Source: an uncultured Bacteroidia bacterium
Lineage (GTDB): Bacteria > Bacteroidota > Bacteroidia > JAIBAJ01
Length of the DNA stretch: 64,000 nt
NCBI GenBank assembly: GCA_965284645.1
Contig: OZ260106.1
Coordinates: 342,992 to 406,991 of the forward strand
Direction of reading: 5' to 3'
Below the pieces are notes generated by a model. That model did not search any database, was not told where the DNA came from, and was given only the letters and a program-made list of their open reading frames with translations. Both the position numbers and the translations under genes were made by a program. This document shows, piece after piece, positions 9,235 to 17,968 of this stretch (positions are counted from its first letter, which is position 1; each line of letters opens with the position of its first letter).

Positions 9235-10447
9235 TGAATTTCTTGTTCGATTAAAAAGTTTACAAATATCGTCCAATTACAATAAGATTCCAAAATTGGG
9301 AAAGCTTTTACACCATATTCCTCCTTTAAGTTACTGGGAAAGCCAGAATTTGCTCTTTAATCCTGATATTTTGGTCATTGGAGGTGGAATTGTCGGACTT
9401 AGTGCTGCCCTACATTCGAAATTGAGGTTCCCCCAAGCAAAAATCCTTGTTTTGGAAAGAGGCCTTTTACCCATGGGAGCCAGCACAAAAAATGCCGGTT
9501 TTGCTTGTTTTGGGAGTGCAGGCGAACTACGCGATGACCTCTCTACCCAATCTGAATCTGAGGTATTTGACCTAGTCAAAAACCGTTTCGACGGACTTTC
9601 CCTCCTGCGGCAAACCCTTGGCGATGAAGCCATCGAATTCGACCCTTGTGGAGGTTTCGAACTTTTTTCTCCAACCGAATCAGAACACTTTAATCATTGT
9701 CTTCATTCCCTTCCTCACCTCAACCAACAGTTACAAAGTATAACTGGTTATCCCGACACATACAGCCAAGTAGATGAAAAAATAGCTGCATTCGGATTCA
9801 AACAAACCTCGCATATGCTTTTTAACCGGTATGAAGGGGCCATCCATACCGGAAAAACAATGGTGGCATTGTGGAAAAAATGCATTGAACATGACATTAT
9901 GGTTTTGAACGGAATGGAATGCAAAGCGCTTGTTTCGCAATCCAATGGGACAAAGATTGAACTTCATACAGGCCATGATTTGTTTGCAGCAAAAACCATC
10001 CTAGCCACAAATGCCTTTGCTACTCAGCTTCTACCTGAATTGGATGTAAAACCCGGCCGTGCCCAAGTTTTGATAACCAATCCAATCGAAAACCTGCCCT
10101 TTTCAGGTACCTTTCATTTTGACCGGGGCTATTTTTATTTCAGAAATGTAGGGAATAGGGTGCTGTTTGGTGGAGGCAGAAACCTTGACTTTTCTGGAGA
10201 AACAAGCTTCGACTTCAAAACCACTTCCCGCGTTCAACTGCAACTCGAAACCTATTTAAGGGAAATGATCCTACCCGGAAAAAATTTCAAAATCGAGCAA
10301 CGCTGGAGTGGCATTATGGGATTAGGACCAAACCGAAGCAGTATTTTAAAAAAGCTGGACGAACATGTTATCATTGCCGTAAGAATGGGCGGAATGGGCG
10401 TGGCATTGGGTAGTTTGATTGGTAAGAAAGCAGCTGAAATGCTTTAA
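9197..10447 (+). CDS. FAD-dependent oxidoreductase (DAO / glycine-oxidase-like family)
   Basis: Rossmann dinucleotide motif DILVIGGGIVGLSAALH..LVLERG, plus a GG.. region near the C-terminus typical of DAO-family proteins. The ATG at 9197 overlaps the divergent upstream gene, so the true start may be a TTG at 9296 or 9350 (the latter gives M/LLFNPDILVIGGG). Confidence 0.75.
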   Translation: MMIGNFSLRLCSIEFLVRLKSLQISSNYNKIPKLGKLLHHIPPLSYWESQNLLFNPDILVIGGGIVGLSAALHSKLRFPQAKILVLERGLLPMGASTKNAGFACFGSAGELRDDLSTQSESEVFDLVKNRFDGLSLLRQTLGDEAIEFDPCGGFELFSPTESEHFNHCLHSLPHLNQQLQSITGYPDTYSQVDEKIAAFGFKQTSHMLFNRYEGAIHTGKTMVALWKKCIEHDIMVLNGMECKALVSQSNGTKIELHTGHDLFAAKTILATNAFATQLLPELDVKPGRAQVLITNPIENLPFSGTFHFDRGYFYFRNVGNRVLFGGGRNLDFSGETSFDFKTTSRVQLQLETYLREMILPGKNFKIEQRWSGIMGLGPNRSSILKKLDEHVIIAVRMGGMGVALGSLIGKKAAEML

Positions 10448-11424
10448 TTCTCTTTTTTAATATCCAATTTCTCCAAATCCACATCTTCCTCTTCATCGTA
10501 ATACCTTAGCCAAGGATCCTCAAAGGTTTTACGCGTATTGGCCTTATCGATACTCAATAACATGGAAGGAAGGATGAATAGATTGGAAAACATTGCAATC
10601 ACCAAGGTAAAAGATGTTAACACACCCAAGGCCTTTGTACCTCCAAAGGTAGAAAAGCTAAAAATGCCAAAGCCACAAAACAAGACTACCGAAGTATAAA
10701 TAATACCAATGCTGGCTTCTTTCAGGGCTGCATTTACCGCAGTTTTTATGTTCCAATCATGGTGCTTCAACTCTTGCCTGTATTTGGCCAAAAAGTGAAT
10801 GGTATTATCGACTGCGATACCAAAGGCAATGCTAAAAACTAAAATGGTAGATGGTTTAATGGCAATCCCTGCCACACCCATAATAGCGGCCGTAAGCACT
10901 AGTGGAATTAAATTAGGGACTAAACAAACGAAAACCATTTGCAGGTTTGAAAACATCCCAGCCATTAACAAGGCCGTTAAAACCAAGGCCCAGAACAAGC
11001 TAGAATATAAATCGTCAATCAAGTAATCGGTACCTTTCAAAAATACAATACTGGTTCCAGTCATGGTTACCTCGTATTTTTTGGGATCGAAAATGCTATC
11101 GATTTTGGGTCGCAATTCGGTTTTAATACGGTGCAGTTCCAAGGTTCCAATATCTTTCATATGAGCACTTACTCGGGTAATTTGCCTGTTGCTATCAATA
11201 AAACTTTTCAGCATGTTTTGCTTTTGCTTGCCTACCTGCACATATTGCAGAATGAATACCTGCTCTTGGCTGGAAGGCAGACTGTATTTCGTACTATCGC
11301 CATAGTAAAAGCCTTGCTTTGAAAACTTCAACACCTCGTTGACTGAAAGTGGACGGGCAAATTCCTTGTATTCGGCCAAAACATCCTGCAATTTCTCCAA
11401 TTTCCTGAATACACTCGGATTCAT
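10444..11424 (-). CDS. MMPL/RND-superfamily transporter, C-terminal half (end of periplasmic loop 2 plus TM8-12)
   Basis: 326 aa. A soluble N-terminal about 150 aa is followed by five hydrophobic helices (LFWALVLTALLMAGMF.., LVPNLIPLVLTAAIMGVAGIAI, ILVFSIAFGIAVDNTIHF, IIYTSVVLFCGFGIFSF, LTSFTLVIAMFSNLFILP). Its ATG overlaps the stop of the upstream half (ATGA). Confidence 0.7.
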   Translation of the reverse strand: MNPSVFRKLEKLQDVLAEYKEFARPLSVNEVLKFSKQGFYYGDSTKYSLPSSQEQVFILQYVQVGKQKQNMLKSFIDSNRQITRVSAHMKDIGTLELHRIKTELRPKIDSIFDPKKYEVTMTGTSIVFLKGTDYLIDDLYSSLFWALVLTALLMAGMFSNLQMVFVCLVPNLIPLVLTAAIMGVAGIAIKPSTILVFSIAFGIAVDNTIHFLAKYRQELKHHDWNIKTAVNAALKEASIGIIYTSVVLFCGFGIFSFSTFGGTKALGVLTSFTLVIAMFSNLFILPSMLLSIDKANTRKTFEDPWLRYYDEEEDVDLEKLDIKKEN

Positions 11425-12827
11425 AACCCCTCTTTTTTCTTGGTATCCACACTAATTTCGAACGGCATCACCCCGTGGTAATTTTCTTCAAAATAGTGGA
11501 GGTCGTTCAGCACTGGGTGATTTTGCGGAAGGTCGTCGACGATGTTTCCCGTTGTTTTAATCTTGGAAATGTAAAACCCGCCCAAGCCCACAAACAGGAA
11601 GGAAACAATATAAATTAGATTGCGGTGATAATGGATGATGTAGCTAATCCAATCAACAATTTTATTGGTGTACTTGCTTTCGAGGTGACTGGTATCCTTG
11701 TTGGAAGGAGCCGGCAGGTAGCTCAAAATAATAGGCATCAAGGTGATACTGTGCACATACAGAATCATAATAGCGATGGTACTGATTACCCCAAATTCCA
11801 TTATTACCTGACTTTCGGTAAACGCAAAGGTTACAAAGCCGGCCGCAGTGGTGGCATTGGTTAAAAAGGTAGAATTTCCTACTTTACTTATCACCCGCAT
11901 CAGGGCTTTTACTTTATTGCCATGCGAGCGAAATTCGAAGTGGTATTTGTTGAGGATAAATACGCAATTGGGGACGCCCAGCACAATCAACAGGGTGGGC
12001 ACTATCGCCGTAAGAACCGAAATTTTATACCCAAAAAGCACATTGAGTCCCATGCACCAAACCACGCCAATACCAACAGTAAGCATGGAATAGAAAACCA
12101 CACTGAAAGAGCGGAAGAAAAAGTACATGATCAAGGCAAGGGCCAAGGAGGCCAAGATCATAAACACCCGTAACTCGCGCTGAACCAGCACCGAAAGCAC
12201 CGTTCGGATGTAAGGCAAACCCGAATAATGGACTTCTATACCGGCTGATTTACTGTAGGCATCGCCGATTTCTTGAACCTTTTGGATAAATTCATTTCGG
12301 CCTTTGCTGTCCAGTAATTTGCGGTCCATGGTAACCGCCATCATATAGCTGTGGGTGGTGGGATTGTATAGAATATCGCGGTAAAAAGGCAAGGAAAAAA
12401 TCTGGGCCTTCAAAGAGTCTAATTCTGCTTGGGAACGGGGACGGCGGTTAAGAATAGGTTTGAACTCGAATTTCTTGAGCGAGTCGTTGCGGTTGAGATT
12501 AAACACACTGGCAACACTCACCACACCTTCTACTCCTTTCAGTTCTTTGAGGGTTTGACTAAGGTCGTACCATTTCAAAAAATGATCCAGTTGAAACAGG
12601 TTTGAGTCCGTGACACCAATTACAAATACGTTTCCATCTTCCCCAAAAGTCTTTTTAAACTTGTCGTATTCGATATAAGTGGTATCGTCGGTTGGCAGCA
12701 GTTTGGCAAAATCGTACCTAATTTCATTTTTACTTGAAAGCCAACCAAACCAAGCCGTAATAGCCAAGGTAACCAGCAAAATTGCCAATCGTTGTCTAAG
12801 GAGAATTCTACCGATAACTTGCCACAT
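11421..12827 (-). CDS. MMPL/RND-superfamily transporter, N-terminal half (TM1, periplasmic loop 1, TM2-7)
   Basis: 468 aa. TM1 (LAILLVTLAITAWFGWL) is followed by an about 180-aa loop with the MMPL-like FAKLLPTDD..Y..F...FGEDG signature, then six TM helices. Together with the downstream ORF it makes up an about 794-aa 12-TM RND/MMPL exporter architecture. Confidence 0.7.
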   Translation of the reverse strand: MWQVIGRILLRQRLAILLVTLAITAWFGWLSSKNEIRYDFAKLLPTDDTTYIEYDKFKKTFGEDGNVFVIGVTDSNLFQLDHFLKWYDLSQTLKELKGVEGVVSVASVFNLNRNDSLKKFEFKPILNRRPRSQAELDSLKAQIFSLPFYRDILYNPTTHSYMMAVTMDRKLLDSKGRNEFIQKVQEIGDAYSKSAGIEVHYSGLPYIRTVLSVLVQRELRVFMILASLALALIMYFFFRSFSVVFYSMLTVGIGVVWCMGLNVLFGYKISVLTAIVPTLLIVLGVPNCVFILNKYHFEFRSHGNKVKALMRVISKVGNSTFLTNATTAAGFVTFAFTESQVIMEFGVISTIAIMILYVHSITLMPIILSYLPAPSNKDTSHLESKYTNKIVDWISYIIHYHRNLIYIVSFLFVGLGGFYISKIKTTGNIVDDLPQNHPVLNDLHYFEENYHGVMPFEISVDTKKKEGL

Positions 12828-12949
12828 AGGTTTAAAACGGAGTGCGAAGGTAATGGATTTAATTGCAGTACAATAGCCTTCCGAGCTTGGATGCTACAAA
12901 GTTGAAAAAGTTTATTAGGGTGTATAAATCTATTGGGGCGTGCCGCTTT

Positions 12950-13312
12950 TGCCAAAACCTTTTGTGCCAGATTTCCAGATGGTGCTGGGCAAAAGCGTCG
13001 GGCTCTTCACTGCAAGTCCTCGCCCATCCTCCGCTAAGCTTCGGCTGGGCTGTGGGCTTTCCGTTGCGATCCCTCACGCGGGGTGTAGTGCTGGAATTAA
13101 CCCTGATTACTTTCAAATCGGATTGGTACAGTTTGTTTTTTAGCCAAAGCCAGGAGCGGGGTTTCGGGCAAGGATAGAGGCAGTCTAGCCCACAGGGATG
13201 CGGAGGCACGGAGCAGACCGAGGACTAGCGCCGAAAGCCTGACCCGACGCCCTTGCAGACTGCTTAGATTCAGCACCACAGCTGTATTAGGCGGAGGGGG
13301 CCCGCCAAAAAA
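12950..13312 (-). repeat. Family-1 GC-rich palindromic repeat, copy A (well-preserved right arm 13157-13312, degraded left arm about 12950-13090)
   Basis: 13157-13312 is the reverse complement of copy F (52101-52270) at near identity. It contains the core CCCACAGGGATGCGGAGGCACGGAGCAGACCGAGGACTAGCG and the terminus GGGGGCCCGCCAAAA. The left part keeps diverged arm remnants (CCTCGCCCATCCTCCGC..CTGTGGGCT). The small ORFs called here are spurious. Confidence 0.75.
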
Positions 13313-13318
13313 AGGAAT

Positions 13319-13350
13319 AAAAAAAAGCCGACACTTTTGGCATCGGCTTC
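13319..13350 (-). terminator. Probable Rho-independent terminator after the DUF3127 gene
   Basis: On the minus strand the sequence AAGCCGATGCCAAAAGTGTCGGCTTTTTTTTATT (7-bp stem plus T-run) lies about 20 bp past the 13371 stop. Confidence 0.45.
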
Positions 13351-13370
13351 GGGTATTAAGAAAGGATTAA

Positions 13371-13787
13371 TTAGAAAGGTAAATCGTCGTCGGCAGGGGC
13401 CAAACTTGGGTTAAACGAATCGGCACCGTTGCTGGCGGGTTGAGCATAGGCCGAAGCAGCTGCAGGTTGAACTTGTGGCTGGGCATAGGAAGCACCAGGC
13501 GTTGCTGTAGCGCCCAAACGTTCGATTTTCCAGGCACGCAAATCGGTGTACCAGCGGTCGTTGTATTCGCGACTTTCCACATCGAAAGCCACCCGCACCT
13601 CGTCGCCCACTTGGTAGGTTTTTACTTCATTGGCTTTATCGGTCCAAAAAAGCAAAGCCACCTTTTTGGGGTAGCGGTCGGTAGTTGTTTCAAGAATTAC
13701 GGTAGATTTTACCCATGGTCCATTGGCACCTTGTCCAGTAGTTTCGCCGGCGAACTTGAAAATGCGGCCGATGATTTCGTTTGGCAT
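13371..13787 (-). CDS. DUF3127-family protein with SSB-like acidic C-terminal tip (…ADDDLPF)
   Basis: 138 aa. MPNEIIGRI..G..W.KSTVILET..DRYPKK..LLFWTDKA..V..GDEVRVAFDVESREYNDRW.TDLRAWKIER matches the remembered DUF3127 pattern (..E..YPKK..F...GDK......G......D.ESRE..GRW....AWK.E.). The low-complexity A/Q/P linker and final DDDLPF resemble the SSB C-terminal protein-interaction tail (DDDIPF). Confidence 0.65.
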   Translation of the reverse strand: MPNEIIGRIFKFAGETTGQGANGPWVKSTVILETTTDRYPKKVALLFWTDKANEVKTYQVGDEVRVAFDVESREYNDRWYTDLRAWKIERLGATATPGASYAQPQVQPAAASAYAQPASNGADSFNPSLAPADDDLPF

Positions 13788-13914
13788 TGTATTGATATTG
13801 AAAAGGTTTAAAAAATAAAACCAAGAAAACGGAAGAACATTTCCGTCCTTGACGAATACAAAATTAGGATGTTTGTTCGAAAAAATTTCAATTGTTCATA
13901 ACTCTAAACAAGCA

Positions 13915-14577
13915 CTAATGCGATTTCTCTTCCAGGAGGGGAACAAATTTAAAATCGCCATATTTATAGGTTTCCACCTTTCCTTGGGGGTCTTTAACCA
14001 GGCTAAGCATTTCCTGTTTATCGCCTTCGCCCACCGGAATTACCATGATTCCGCCCGGCTTGAGTTGTTCCACCAAAGCCGGCGGAATAAAAGGAGCACC
14101 GGCCGTAACGATAATTTTATCGAAAGGCGCGTAGGTAGGCAGACCTTGGTACCCGTCGCCGTAAAACAATTTAGCTTGAAAACCCATGGCAGGCAAGGCC
14201 ACTTTGGTGCGGTCGTACAAGGCTTTTTGTCGCTCCACCGAAAACACCTTGGCGCCCAGTTCGCACAGAATGGCGGTTTGGTAGCCGCTGCCTGTTCCGA
14301 TTTCAAGCACCTTTTCGCCCTTTTCCACCATGAGCAATTGGCTTTGGAAACCTACAGTAGAAGGGTGTGAAATGGTTTGTCCGGCCCCGATTTTAAAAGC
14401 CATATCGGTATAAGCCTTGTCGTAAAAGGCCGAATCAAGAAACCAGTGGCGAGGCACCTTTTCAATCGCTTTCAAAACCAAGGGATCAACGATGCCCTTT
14501 TCTTTCAGTTGCAGACAAAGCTGCCTTCTTCTTCCTTGGTCTTTAAGGTGATCGACGTATCCGTTCATGACGGGCAA
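13915..14577 (-). CDS. pcm: Protein-L-isoaspartate O-methyltransferase
   Basis: 220 aa. Shows PCMT motifs (..VPRHWFLD.., SAM-binding VLEIGTGSGYQTAILCEL, ..IPVG..QEM). The length is typical. Confidence 0.9.
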   Translation of the reverse strand: MPVMNGYVDHLKDQGRRRQLCLQLKEKGIVDPLVLKAIEKVPRHWFLDSAFYDKAYTDMAFKIGAGQTISHPSTVGFQSQLLMVEKGEKVLEIGTGSGYQTAILCELGAKVFSVERQKALYDRTKVALPAMGFQAKLFYGDGYQGLPTYAPFDKIIVTAGAPFIPPALVEQLKPGGIMVIPVGEGDKQEMLSLVKDPQGKVETYKYGDFKFVPLLEEKSH

Positions 14578-14690
14578 AAATAACCTACAAATTCAAGCTT
14601 CCTTGCATTCTGAAAAACTAAATTTTTCAAATTTTTACGAATTATTTATACATTTGTAATCGAAATATAAATTATTAATTCCTTTCTTTT

Positions 14691-15980
14691 ATGACCGAAC
14701 GATTCCTTTTTTATCTCTGGCAATTTCGTCTATTCAACCTAGAAAACCTCAAAACAAGCACCGGCGAAGAGCTCAGCATTATCAAGCCTGGCGAGTTAAA
14801 CAGCCATGCCGGCCCCGACTTCCGAAATGGATTGATTAAGCTAGGACAAACCACCTGGGCAGGCAACATCGAAATCCATATCAATGCCAGCGACTGGAAC
14901 TTACACCAGCATACAGGTGACGAAAATTACGACAATATTATCTTACATGTCGTACTCGACAACGACCGAATCATACTCCGCAAAAACGGAGAACCCATAC
15001 CGACCTTGGAGCTTAAAAACAGAGTAGACTGGAAAATATGGGAAAACTATCGGCAATTGCTGCAATCCAGACAATGGATACCTTGTTCCAATGACTTTGT
15101 CCAGGCCGAACCCCTGGTGTTGAAAATGTGGGTGCAACGGTTGGCTATAAACCGCATAGAACGTAAAGCCGGAGAGATAGAAACCTACCTTAACCTCACC
15201 AAAAACAACCTCGACGAATCCTTCTATTTCCTATTGGCCAAGAATTTCGGGTTCTTTGTTAATTCCCTTCCCTTTGAAATGTTGGCCAAATCCATCCCAC
15301 TCAGCATCATCGGCAAACACCGTTCCACCCTCTTCCAAATCGAAGCCTTGCTGTTTGGACAGGCCGGATTGCTAGAAGAACAGTTGCAAGACACCTATTA
15401 CAATTCTCTGCAAAAAGAGTACGCCTTCTTGCAAAACAAATTCAAGCTTCAAGCCATGCCCGGTCACCTATGGAAATTCCTAAGACTAAGGCCTAGCAAC
15501 TTTCCTACCCTGCGAATAGCCCAATTTGCGGCCTTGCTGCACCAAAACGACCGGATACTATCCCAACTAGCTGAAGCAAGTTCCATACAAACAATCGAAA
15601 GTATCTTCCAAATCCAGCCATCAGATTATTGGCTGACCCATTATCGCTTTGGGAAAGAAGCCCAAACCAAGTCCAAACACCTAGGTGAAACAGCCATTCA
15701 AAGTATACTGATCAATTCGGTAGTCCCAATGCTATTTGAGTTAAATAAAAAGCAGTTGGGACAGCAGTTGCAGGAAAAGGCCATTCAATTTTTGGAAGAG
15801 ACAAAGGCAGAAGACAATTCATTGACAAGAGGATATGAAACCATAGGATTTAAGGCCGAGAATGCCTTGCAAAGTCAGGGATTGATTGAGCTGAAACACA
15901 ACTTTTGCGAAAGGCGAAAATGCCTGGAATGCAGCATCGGGAATCACTTATTGGTGAAAGGAAGGGTGGCCCAAGTTTAA
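14691..15980 (+). CDS. DUF2851-family protein
   Basis: 429 aa. The N-terminus FLFYLWQFRLFN... and the overall size match the Bacteroidetes DUF2851 family. There are no catalytic motifs. It ends ..RRKCLECSIGNHLL (Cys pair). Confidence 0.6.
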   Translation: MTERFLFYLWQFRLFNLENLKTSTGEELSIIKPGELNSHAGPDFRNGLIKLGQTTWAGNIEIHINASDWNLHQHTGDENYDNIILHVVLDNDRIILRKNGEPIPTLELKNRVDWKIWENYRQLLQSRQWIPCSNDFVQAEPLVLKMWVQRLAINRIERKAGEIETYLNLTKNNLDESFYFLLAKNFGFFVNSLPFEMLAKSIPLSIIGKHRSTLFQIEALLFGQAGLLEEQLQDTYYNSLQKEYAFLQNKFKLQAMPGHLWKFLRLRPSNFPTLRIAQFAALLHQNDRILSQLAEASSIQTIESIFQIQPSDYWLTHYRFGKEAQTKSKHLGETAIQSILINSVVPMLFELNKKQLGQQLQEKAIQFLEETKAEDNSLTRGYETIGFKAENALQSQGLIELKHNFCERRKCLECSIGNHLLVKGRVAQV

Positions 15981-16036
15981 AACTTGGGCCTTTGGGGATT
16001 AAAGTCTTAGACTTGAATAATTGAAACCATAATAAA

Positions 16037-16639
16037 ATGAACCATCGATATAAAATCAAAAATAACAATCCGCTTTACATAACCTTTACGGTCACTGGTT
16101 GGATTGATGTATTCACACAAAAAGAACATATTAATATGCTTTTGGAATCTATTGAGTACTGCCAAACCAATAAGGGGCTTAAGCTTTATGCTTGGTGCCT
16201 TTTGCCAAGCCGACTCCATATGATAGTAGATGTAGCTGAACCTTTTCAACTTTGGGAAATTGTCAGGGACCTTAAGAAATTTACAGCAAAAAAATTGGAA
16301 TCTACCTTGCAGGAAGAAACAGAAACGAAAAGAGAATGGCTTCTAGACAAACTCTCCTTCTATGGCAGGTACAATATTAATAACCAGTACTTTAAACTAT
16401 GGCAAGAAGGCTATCGACCGATTGAACTGTATAGTCAAAAATTCTTCTTTCAAAAGCTGGACTTTATCCATTCTATTCCTGTAAAAGAACTAATTGTGAC
16501 AAATCCCTGGGATTACAACCTGAGTAGTGCCAAAAACTATGCAGGGATGGCTGGGCTTTTGCAAGTTCAAATAATTGATCGCGACAATTTGGATAATACT
16601 CCGACTTACGTGAACAATCCGAACGAGGATGAAACTTGA
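16037..16639 (+). mobile_element. IS200-like single-domain HuH/Y1 transposase of the REP-associated (RAYT-like) type, about 200 aa
   Basis: PLYITFTVTGWIDVFT..(beta1)..KGLKLYAWCLLPSRLHMIVD (HuH motif = LHMIV) ...LWQEGYRPIELYSQKFFFQKLDFIHSIPV..YNLSSAKNYAG follows the architecture of the about 190-aa Bacteroidetes IS200-like/RAYT transposase family (Y..FTV.T..W..VF..., KG..I..W..MP.H.HMI, ..FW....H...E.....F..QKL.YIH.NPV). It is a single gene with no IS605 TnpB partner. A degenerate family-2 repeat lies immediately downstream. Confidence 0.8.
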
Positions 16640-16829
16640 AATACTATTTGAAAAGACATAAATTTACCGCATATAGTAAAGTTTGAAAGTGGATTCGGGC
16701 TGCACCAAAGGCAAAGCAAGTAAGTGCTTTCCCCAATTTCGATTTACCCGAAGAAACTATCACTTATCTCGATATTTGGGCCAAATCTTTCCAAGAGTTA
16801 TTGTTTTAAACCTTGCCGCGATTACGAAC

Positions 16830-16995
16830 TAATCAAATTAATAAAGAGGAGATTTAATTATCCGAACTTTCTGATTTTGTTGAGTTCACCCCTACCAAAG
16901 AAATTTCGGTACAGCAGCCGTTTTCGATTTGGCCAAACAATTTGATTTACAACTGGTTAATCGATTATCCATTACTAATTCGTAATCTGGGTCTA
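16830..16995 (-). repeat. Degenerate family-2 AT-rich repeat copy (reverse orientation) just downstream of the RAYT-like gene
   Basis: ATTAATAAAGAGGAGATTTAATTATCCGAACTTTCTGA...CCAAAGAAATTTCGG...TTTGATTTACAACTGGTTAATCGATTATCCATTACTAATTCGTAATCTGGGT aligns to the reverse complement of the family-2 consensus (…TTTACAACTGGTTAATCGTTTATGCATTTCTAATGCGTAATCTGGGTT) with many substitutions and indels. Confidence 0.6.
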
Positions 16996-17045
16996 TAACA
17001 GCCAGTCTAAGACTGGCAAAACCCAAATGACAAGTTAAAAACTTG

Positions 17046-17966
17046 TCATTCCATATACCTACCCCTTTTTATATACAAATGCCTTAAAAAAAACACACTC
17101 AAAACCAATGAAAGTATTACCGCTTTCAATCCATCACCGCTGCCTATTTTCTCTACCGACTGGTCTACAACCTTATGCTGAATCAAATAATAAAGTATTA
17201 CAGCAAAAGAATTGTTAACCGTATGAACCAAAACCGGCACCCAAATGCTGCCACTCCACAACAGCATGTATCCTAAGCCTACTCCTAAAACAAAACGAGG
17301 GAAAAAGCCATAAAACTGCATATGCAACGCGCTAAATAAAAAGGCCGTTAGAAAAATAGCCGCATGTCGATTGCCCAATTGCTTCTCAAACAAAGGCTGC
17401 AAGGTGCCTCGAAACAAAAACTCCTCACCTAGTCCAGCCAATATCCCAATCATAAATACGGTAATCAACAGATCTCCAATTCCTTCCATCTGCAAAAACA
17501 TCTCTATCACCTTCCCGTTTTTTTCCTCTGAATCCTTCATCCATTGCTCAAAACCAAAAGCATCCGGAAAATCCAATGAAGCATTCCACTCCGACATGAA
17601 ATTGATGATTGGCTGCATTGACAGAATAATCATAACACCTAAAGCCAGTTCAATCCATTTGGGTTTGGACAAGGCTCCTTTTACTTCCAATGCATTCCCG
17701 GTCGTTAATTGGGCAAAAAACAAGGAGGGAAGCACAAATCCACCAAGGGCTTGCGAAATTTGAAGAATGCGCAAAGCAGGCTTAGCCATCGGATTGGTAA
17801 GGTCCGACATCAAAACAGAAATATCCAACACGGCTATACCATAGACAAATTTTATTAGCATCAGCCCAATAAAACTCGATACGGAAAGGGAACAGAAACA
17901 AAGGATTAAGAAGGCCAAAAGCTGTAACCAAACAGATTTATTGGCTAAAGGTGGTGTTTGTTCCAT
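17046..17966 (-). CDS. CPBP-family intramembrane glutamic metalloprotease (CAAX-protease-like)
   Basis: 306 aa, polytopic. Shows signature motifs GLGEEFLFRG (EExxxR), FLFSALHMQ (FxxxH) and VLVHTVNN (HxxxN/D). Confidence 0.8.
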   Translation of the reverse strand: MEQTPPLANKSVWLQLLAFLILCFCSLSVSSFIGLMLIKFVYGIAVLDISVLMSDLTNPMAKPALRILQISQALGGFVLPSLFFAQLTTGNALEVKGALSKPKWIELALGVMIILSMQPIINFMSEWNASLDFPDAFGFEQWMKDSEEKNGKVIEMFLQMEGIGDLLITVFMIGILAGLGEEFLFRGTLQPLFEKQLGNRHAAIFLTAFLFSALHMQFYGFFPRFVLGVGLGYMLLWSGSIWVPVLVHTVNNSFAVILYYLIQHKVVDQSVEKIGSGDGLKAVILSLVLSVFFLRHLYIKRGRYME

Positions 17967-17968
17967 AG

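Noticed and set aside
10444-12827. Calling the split MMPL transporter a pseudogene outright
   Set aside because: The clean ATGA stop/start overlap and intact TM topology in both halves are equally consistent with a functional two-gene transporter. This cannot be decided without alignment to full-length homologues or read data, so both halves are kept as CDS.
12859-13279. Small ORFs (60-116 aa) inside repeat copy A, and similarly 30904..31104, 46159..46383 and 46308..46541 inside copies C and E
   Set aside because: They lie wholly within non-coding GC-rich palindromic repeats. The same sequence occurs in both orientations elsewhere with no conserved frame.
13849-14370. 173-aa plus-strand ORF
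   Set aside because: It is antisense to the well-supported pcm gene and has no recognisable motifs.
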